A stretch of DNA of 64,000 nucleotides from Trueperaceae bacterium. GTDB lineage: Bacteria; Deinococcota; Deinococci; Deinococcales; Trueperaceae. The DNA lies in the NCBI GenBank assembly GCA_020431825.1, contig JAGQHN010000008.1, positions 6,167 through 70,166 of the forward strand, in the 5' to 3' direction. Shown in pieces: positions 58,729 to 64,000 of this stretch; position 1 is the stretch's first letter, and every line of letters starts with the position of its first letter. A program made the translations under genes and the position numbers. The notes under the pieces were generated by a model, which saw only the letters and a list, made by a program, of their open reading frames with translations, did not search any database and was not told where the DNA came from.

Positions 58729-60519
58729 TTGGCCCTTTCCAGTCTTGGCCAGTCTAAACAGGAGTTTAGTGTTGCTGGCAGCCATAGCTATAACCGCTCG
58801 AGTCCGCTGCGCTGGATTCTCTCACATCTGCGCCGCTATCCTTTACTGGTTATTGCTTTTATCAGTGCGGTAACGCTAACAGCCATCATTTTTTCAGGTA
58901 TTCCTCGGCTTATTGGGCTGGCCTTTGATGAAATGCTCAAGGCTGACCCAAGCCTCCAGCGTTTGCTGGTTATTGCTGGGACCATTTTAGGTCTGGTTCT
59001 ACTGCGTGGCCTTATTGACCTGACCAATGCTGTCTCAGTTGAAACCTTAGGCCAAAGGCTCGAGCGCGACTCGCGTGAGGAGCTTTACTTAAGCCTTCTG
59101 GGCAAAAGTCAGACATTCCATAATCGGCAAAAAGTCGGCGACATTATGGCTAGAGCGGCTAATGATGTGCGCCAGCTCAATCCTATGATGAACCCTGGCG
59201 TTTCCCTGCTTACCGAGTCTATGGTAGGCATAATCGTACCCCTCACCTTTATCGCCTTTATCAAACTTGATTTGCTCCTTGCGCCGCTTCTTTTTATCGT
59301 TACTTTTGTCTTGGCGCTCAGGTACTATATGCGCCAGCTCAACCCGGTTTCAGGCAATATGCGCCGTCAGTTTGGCATTCTGAATGCTGGTCTCAACGAA
59401 ACCATTACTGGCATTGAAGTAGTCAAATCTAGCGTTCAAGAGGGTCAGGAGCAGCAAAAATTTGTTAAAAACGCCAGTCTCTTTCGCGACTACTTTGTCA
59501 GGCAAGGTCTGGTGCAGGCTCGGTACCTGCCTCTGCTCTTTTTAGGCATTGCCAGCACCGGGGCCTTTGCTCATGGTCTCTGGCTTTTTTCTAAAGGTCA
59601 ACTTTCTGTTGGAGAGTTGGTCGCTTATATGGGGCTTATGGGCGCCCTGCGCTTTCCTGCTTTTATCTCGATCTTTACTTTTTCTCTGGTGCAACTGGGC
59701 ATGGCTGGAGCCGAACGGATGCTCGAGCTCATGCGCTCAGAAACCGAGCTAGATGAAAACCCCTCGGGCCACAGTGCGCCCATCAAAGGTGATCTGGTTT
59801 TTGACCATGTCAATTTCAGCTATAGCGGCAAGCTGAGTGACAAGCTCATCCTCAAGGATTTCTCCTTTCATGCAAGGCCCGGCGAAACGGTTGCCATTGT
59901 TGGTCAAACGGGGTCGGGTAAAAGCACGCTTACCAATCTGGTTAACCGTATTTATGACGCTACCGAAGGACAGATTTTGGTTGATGGCGTAGATGTTAAA
60001 AACTGGAATCTGGAAACGCTGCGTTCCCAAATTTCCGTCATTGAGCAAGATATCTTTCTCTTTTCTCGCTCGATTGCCGACAATATCTCTTTTGGTCTGG
60101 GGCAAGTGGCCTCGAGGGAAGCAGTTGAAGCTGCCGCCAAAGCAGCGCAGGCCCATGATTTCATCTTGGGCTTTGAAGATGGCTATGACACAGTCATTGG
60201 TGAACGGGGCGTTACCCTGTCCGGGGGTCAGCGCCAGCGACTGGCGATTGCCAGGGCGCTTTTAACCGACCCACGCATCCTTATCTTAGATGACTCTACC
60301 AGTGCCATTGACAGCGCTACCGAAGATGAGATTCAAAAGGCTATTAACAAAGTCTTAGAAGGTCGGACTACCCTTATGATTACTCACCGCCTTTCTCAAA
60401 TCCGGCGTGCCGACAAAATTCTGGTACTCCATCAGGGTGAACTTATTGATCAGGGTAAACACGAAGACCTGCTAAGACGCTGCTCGCTCTATCAAAGGAT
60501 TTTTGCCCGCTATGATTAA
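58729..60519 (+). CDS. ABC exporter half-transporter (TMD-NBD), subunit with a degenerate Walker B
   Basis: Walker A GQTGSGKST and signature LSGGQRQR. Walker B is ILILDD, with Asp where the catalytic Glu normally sits. TTG start behind an AAGGAG ribosome-binding site. Confidence 0.85.
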   Translation: MALSSLGQSKQEFSVAGSHSYNRSSPLRWILSHLRRYPLLVIAFISAVTLTAIIFSGIPRLIGLAFDEMLKADPSLQRLLVIAGTILGLVLLRGLIDLTNAVSVETLGQRLERDSREELYLSLLGKSQTFHNRQKVGDIMARAANDVRQLNPMMNPGVSLLTESMVGIIVPLTFIAFIKLDLLLAPLLFIVTFVLALRYYMRQLNPVSGNMRRQFGILNAGLNETITGIEVVKSSVQEGQEQQKFVKNASLFRDYFVRQGLVQARYLPLLFLGIASTGAFAHGLWLFSKGQLSVGELVAYMGLMGALRFPAFISIFTFSLVQLGMAGAERMLELMRSETELDENPSGHSAPIKGDLVFDHVNFSYSGKLSDKLILKDFSFHARPGETVAIVGQTGSGKSTLTNLVNRIYDATEGQILVDGVDVKNWNLETLRSQISVIEQDIFLFSRSIADNISFGLGQVASREAVEAAAKAAQAHDFILGFEDGYDTVIGERGVTLSGGQRQRLAIARALLTDPRILILDDSTSAIDSATEDEIQKAINKVLEGRTTLMITHRLSQIRRADKILVLHQGELIDQGKHEDLLRRCSLYQRIFARYD

Positions 60520-60567
60520 CTTTCCTCTTTTCCCTTTTCACTTTCCCCTTTTCAAAGGAGCTTACTA

Positions 60568-62391
60568 ATGGGTTTTATCATGGACGGTATCGACGGTGAG
60601 GCATACGACCGCAGTTATAGCGACGGACAGCTCGTCAGACGCATTTTTCGCTATTTCAAGCCCTTTTTGGGCATTATGGTTTTTGTCGCTCTGATGATTT
60701 TCTCGAGTGCTGTCATGGACGCTGCCTTACCCGTTCTCATTTCGAGAGGTATTGATGGTCTGGCAGACCTGCGTAACAGTACAACGGGTATCTGGCGACA
60801 AACCGCCTGGCTGATTGCAGCAATCCTGGTTGCAGGTTTACTCTCCTGGACCTTTAACTTTTTCAGGCAGTGGTTTACTGCCAAAGCTGTTGGCAATGTT
60901 GTACTGAATCTGCGTAAGGATGCCTTTGACGCAGTGCTGGCCAGAGATATGTCTTTTTATGACGAGTTCCCAACAGGCAAAGTCGTTAGCCGAGTCACAT
61001 CAGATACCCAAGACTTTTCTACCGTTGTCACCCTGACGCTAAACCTTATGAGTCAGCTTTTGCAGGTAGCGATTGTGGTGGGCATTCTCTTTTACATCAA
61101 TGCCCGACTGGCTCTTATTGCCCTGACCATTGCTCCCTTTATTATAGCGACGGCTCTAGCATTCAGACATATTGCCCGCTTTACCACACGGCAAGCAAGG
61201 CGCATTCTGGCCCAGGTCAATGCCAATGTTCAGGAATCCATTACTGGTATTTCTGTAGCCAAGGCCTTCAGGCAAGAGGGCACCATTTTTAATGAATTCA
61301 AAAAGGTCAATAAACAGTCTTATTCCTACAGCCTGAGGCAAGGGCTGGTTTTTAGTTCCATTTTTCCTGTCCTGGGTACCATTGCCGGAATTGGTACCGC
61401 CCTCATTGTCTATTTTGGTGGACAGAGTGTGCTTAAAGGCGCAGTGAGCGCCGGGCAGTGGTATCTCTTTGTTGAAGCCATTAACCTGTTCTGGTTTCCT
61501 CTTACCAGTATTGCTTCATTCTGGAGCCAGTTTCAGCTGGGCATGTCAGCCAGTGAGCGGGTCTTTGCTCTGGTAGATGCTGAACCTAGGGTTCATCAGC
61601 ATGACAGTAAAGCAGTCCCAGAGCTTCGTGGTGAAATTGAGTTTAAAAATTTAAATTTTCGCTATACTACGCAAGAACAGGTTCTGCTTGACTTTAATCT
61701 AAAGATAAATGCGGGTGAAACAGTAGCACTGGTAGGTCACACTGGCGCAGGCAAATCCAGTCTGGGAAAATTAGTGGCACGTTTTTATGAGTTTCAGGCT
61801 GGCGATTTACTGATAGATGGCAAAGATATTCGTGGTTTTGACCTGGGTAGTTACCGCAAGCACCTTGGAATTGTGCAACAAACCCCCTTTCTTTTTGGGG
61901 GCACGGTTCGCGACAATATTCGTTATGGACGACCAGATGCCAGTGATGACGAAGTAATTGCTGTTGCCAACAAAGTAGGCGGCGGTGATTGGCTCGAGGC
62001 CCTACCCAAGGGGCTGGATAGTGACGTGGGCGAAGCCGGTAAAGGCATCTCCATGGGTCAGAGACAGCTGGTTGCCTTAAGCCGGGTTCTCTTACAAAAC
62101 CCCAGCATTCTTATATTGGATGAGGCAACTGCTAGCGTTGACCCGCTTACCGAAGCGCAGATACAAGAAGGGCTCGAGCTTGTCCTACAGGACCGCACCG
62201 CCATTGTCATTGCCCACCGTCTATCAACGATTAAAACGGCTGACCGCATTATTGTTTTACGCAAAGGTCAAATTATCGAGGAAGGCTCTCACGAAAGTCT
62301 GCTGAAAAAAGCTGGTCACTACGCGGAACTTTACAACACCTACTTCAGACATCAGTCACCCAATTACAATCCTGAAATGGCGGCTGTTTAG
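60568..62391 (+). CDS. ABC exporter half-transporter (TMD-NBD), subunit with canonical Walker B and a degenerate signature
   Basis: Walker A GHTGAGKSS and Walker B ILILDEAT. The signature motif reads ISMGQRQ rather than LSGGQ. Confidence 0.85.
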   Translation: MGFIMDGIDGEAYDRSYSDGQLVRRIFRYFKPFLGIMVFVALMIFSSAVMDAALPVLISRGIDGLADLRNSTTGIWRQTAWLIAAILVAGLLSWTFNFFRQWFTAKAVGNVVLNLRKDAFDAVLARDMSFYDEFPTGKVVSRVTSDTQDFSTVVTLTLNLMSQLLQVAIVVGILFYINARLALIALTIAPFIIATALAFRHIARFTTRQARRILAQVNANVQESITGISVAKAFRQEGTIFNEFKKVNKQSYSYSLRQGLVFSSIFPVLGTIAGIGTALIVYFGGQSVLKGAVSAGQWYLFVEAINLFWFPLTSIASFWSQFQLGMSASERVFALVDAEPRVHQHDSKAVPELRGEIEFKNLNFRYTTQEQVLLDFNLKINAGETVALVGHTGAGKSSLGKLVARFYEFQAGDLLIDGKDIRGFDLGSYRKHLGIVQQTPFLFGGTVRDNIRYGRPDASDDEVIAVANKVGGGDWLEALPKGLDSDVGEAGKGISMGQRQLVALSRVLLQNPSILILDEATASVDPLTEAQIQEGLELVLQDRTAIVIAHRLSTIKTADRIIVLRKGQIIEEGSHESLLKKAGHYAELYNTYFRHQSPNYNPEMAAV

Positions 62392-62394
62392 TAA

Positions 62395-62426
62395 GTCAAG
62401 GATAGTAGGCATCTACTATCCTTGAC
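62395..62426 (+). terminator. strong hairpin after the ABC exporter operon
   Basis: 14-bp perfect stem GTCAAGGATAGTAG/CTACTATCCTTGAC with loop GCAT. No clear U-tract. Confidence 0.55.
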
Positions 62427-62520
62427 CATTAATCATCCTCCTCAATAAGCGAATATCCAAAAGTTTCCATCAGAGCCTAAACTTTGTGAAATAAAAATTA
62501 TGCTTTCCCCATCTCAAGCT

Positions 62521-62529
62521 TGTTACAAT
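62521..62529 (+). promoter_or_regulatory. extended -10 element TGTTACAAT upstream of the ClC gene
   Basis: TGnTACAAT ends 9 nt before the ATG at 62539 and there is no Shine-Dalgarno sequence, implying a very short or absent leader. Confidence 0.45.
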
Positions 62530-62538
62530 CTTTAAGCT

Positions 62539-64000
62539 ATGCGTGTTCTTTTGCGAAGCTTTCTCAGCGCAATTAAAGATCTGAATGTCCTGGTTGATTT
62601 GCCGGGTCACTTTGATGGACATGAACGGCGGTTGGTGTTTCAAGCGATTGTCATTGGCATACTGGTTTGGGGAATCGTTTTTGCCCTTAAGTCCAGTGTG
62701 CATCTGGTCTTTTCTCATTTATTAGCCTGGCTCGAGCATACCCCTTATCCCTTTCTGGTATTTATTCCCCTCTTTTTGGCAGGAGCCTTGGTTTCTCTCT
62801 TAGCGCGCTTTAAACCTACCCTGATTAATTACCGCGACGCTGACGGGCATATTCATGAACTAAATGATGTAGAAGGCGATGGACTCGAGCGTGCCATTGC
62901 GCTTTACTACAGCTCTGAACCTCAGTTTGAATCTTCACTTTTAGGTCAAAATGGCATAGAAGCACGCTGGGAAATGCCTACCTTTTCGCTGGTCTGGCGC
63001 AAATTTCTCGCGACTTTTTTAACTCTAGGGGGAGGTGGTTCGGGAGGGCTCGAGGCCAGTGTCACCCTGATTGGCGAAAGTACCGCATCTGGCTTATTTA
63101 AACCGAGGCGCATTCGAAAACAAGAGGCAGAAGGCTGGTGGGGCCGCTTGAAACGCTGGTGGGGTTCTTCCAACACGGATGATTTACAAACGGCTCAGCT
63201 ATGCGGCATTGCCGCCGCGGTAGCAACGTTACTCGGTACCGCCTTCACTGCTGCCTTTTTTGCCATTGAGGTTATGTACCGCAGGCGTCCGGTGGTAGAG
63301 AAACTCATCTATGCGCTGGTTTCTTCCTTAACTGCCCTTATCCTTTCTAGCTTTGTGGTGCATGAAGGCGGTCTCTTTCAGGTAGAAGAAGTTCTTTTTC
63401 CGGTCATTAGCACACGTTACTACCTGGCCCTTATTATTATGGCTATTGCTATTGCCCTACTCAGCGTTTATTTTGGACGCCTGCGCTCGAGCTTCGAAGC
63501 CAGTTTCTTGCACCTGCAACCCAATAGCCTGAGGCGGCATCTTTTAGGAGCCGGTTTTACCGCTGCGATAGCCCTGCTTGTTTACTATCTCTTACCTCTT
63601 TTTGCCCATTACAATCTGATTCCTCAAGAGGCACTAAGTCACCGCTTCGCTCTCATTCTTGGCCCGGGAGAAGAAGCGATTGATCTGGCTCTTTCTGGGC
63701 ATATGGTTTTTTGGGTTGCTCTGATCGCCCTGTTTGGCAAGATGCTGGCAACGCTTGCTACGGTTGGCTCAGGAGGTTCAGCTGGCTTGCTGGTTCCCTC
63801 TATATTTTTTGGCACCATGGTAGCGACCATCATGGCCAGGCTTTTTGGGCTCGAGCCTCAAACCCTGATCGTTCCGGCCATGACTGCTAGCCTTGTGTCC
63901 ATTGTCAATGTACCGCTGGCAGCTGTCTTTTTACCCTTTGAACTTTTTGGTCAGGCCTATCTCTTACCCGCGCTGGTGGTTCTGATTGTTTGCTTCTTAT
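62539..64000 (+). CDS. ClC family chloride channel/antiporter-like membrane protein; 3' end lies outside the window
   Basis: My own translation from the ATG at 62539 is open to the end of the window, so it is absent from the ORF track for lack of a stop codon. Polytopic protein with ClC-like glycine motifs (GGGGSGGLEAS, GSGGSAGLLVPSIFFG). Confidence 0.7.
   Translation, partial: MRVLLRSFLSAIKDLNVLVDLPGHFDGHERRLVFQAIVIGILVWGIVFALKSSVHLVFSHLLAWLEHTPYPFLVFIPLFLAGALVSLLARFKPTLINYRDADGHIHELNDVEGDGLERAIALYYSSEPQFESSLLGQNGIEARWEMPTFSLVWRKFLATFLTLGGGGSGGLEASVTLIGESTASGLFKPRRIRKQEAEGWWGRLKRWWGSSNTDDLQTAQLCGIAAAVATLLGTAFTAAFFAIEVMYRRRPVVEKLIYALVSSLTALILSSFVVHEGGLFQVEEVLFPVISTRYYLALIIMAIAIALLSVYFGRLRSSFEASFLHLQPNSLRRHLLGAGFTAAIALLVYYLLPLFAHYNLIPQEALSHRFALILGPGEEAIDLALSGHMVFWVALIALFGKMLATLATVGSGGSAGLLVPSIFFGTMVATIMARLFGLEPQTLIVPAMTASLVSIVNVPLAAVFLPFELFGQAYLLPALVVLIVCFL

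Noticed and set aside
62470-63833. Three minus-strand ORFs (62470-62718, 62946-63176, 63639-63833)
   Set aside because: They lie antisense to the long open ClC reading frame or across its promoter, and their composition is that of shadow ORFs.
1-64000. CTCGAG excess explained simply by frequent Leu-Glu dipeptides
   Set aside because: The sites also occur in the two other codon phases (Ser-Arg/Ser-Ser and x-Arg-x) and in intergenic spacers. The flanking bases are also biased (GG...CC), which a dipeptide preference would not produce.

Overview
A 64-kb bacterial chromosomal window, densely coding and dominated by accessory carbon and redox metabolism. I found no rRNA, tRNA, CRISPR array or prophage. 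Main contents: the 3' end of a peptide ABC permease; four aldo/keto reductases; a LacI-linked sugar ABC uptake cluster with Gfo/Idh/MocA, ROK and TIM-barrel isomerase genes; an AraC-linked dioxygenase and PanB-like cluster; TetR and LysR units with clear operator palindromes; and Ppx/GppA. There is also an envelope cluster of lipoproteins around a Tat-exported ferritin-like protein. A roughly 13.6-kb co-directional operon combines GH38 mannosidase, a fused 2-oxoacid dehydrogenase E1 with E2, two GMC oxidoreductases, SDR, ROK and an RPE-like enzyme. Near the end are a heterodimeric ABC exporter and a ClC channel gene that runs off the window and is missing from the ORF track. Three observations stand out. 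(1) The palindrome CTCGAG, often extended toward GGCTCGAGCC, occurs about 150 times by my eye count against roughly 16 expected. It falls in all three codon phases and in intergenic DNA, resembling a highly iterated palindrome. (2) A complete group II intron (GUGCG 5' end, canonical domains V and VI, RT-maturase-HNH protein) sits in an MFS transporter gene in antisense orientation. Removing it in silico restores the reading frame exactly, and it contains no CTCGAG. (3) A conserved motif, GTATCATCCTGACA with extended flanks, recurs at three intergenic loci and resembles an extended -10 promoter placed directly before ATG. Several genes appear leaderless. AxAQ-type signal-peptide ends are weakly suggestive of a Deinococcota-like lineage, but taxonomy cannot be established from this window. 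All function calls rest on motif recognition by eye, not database searches.
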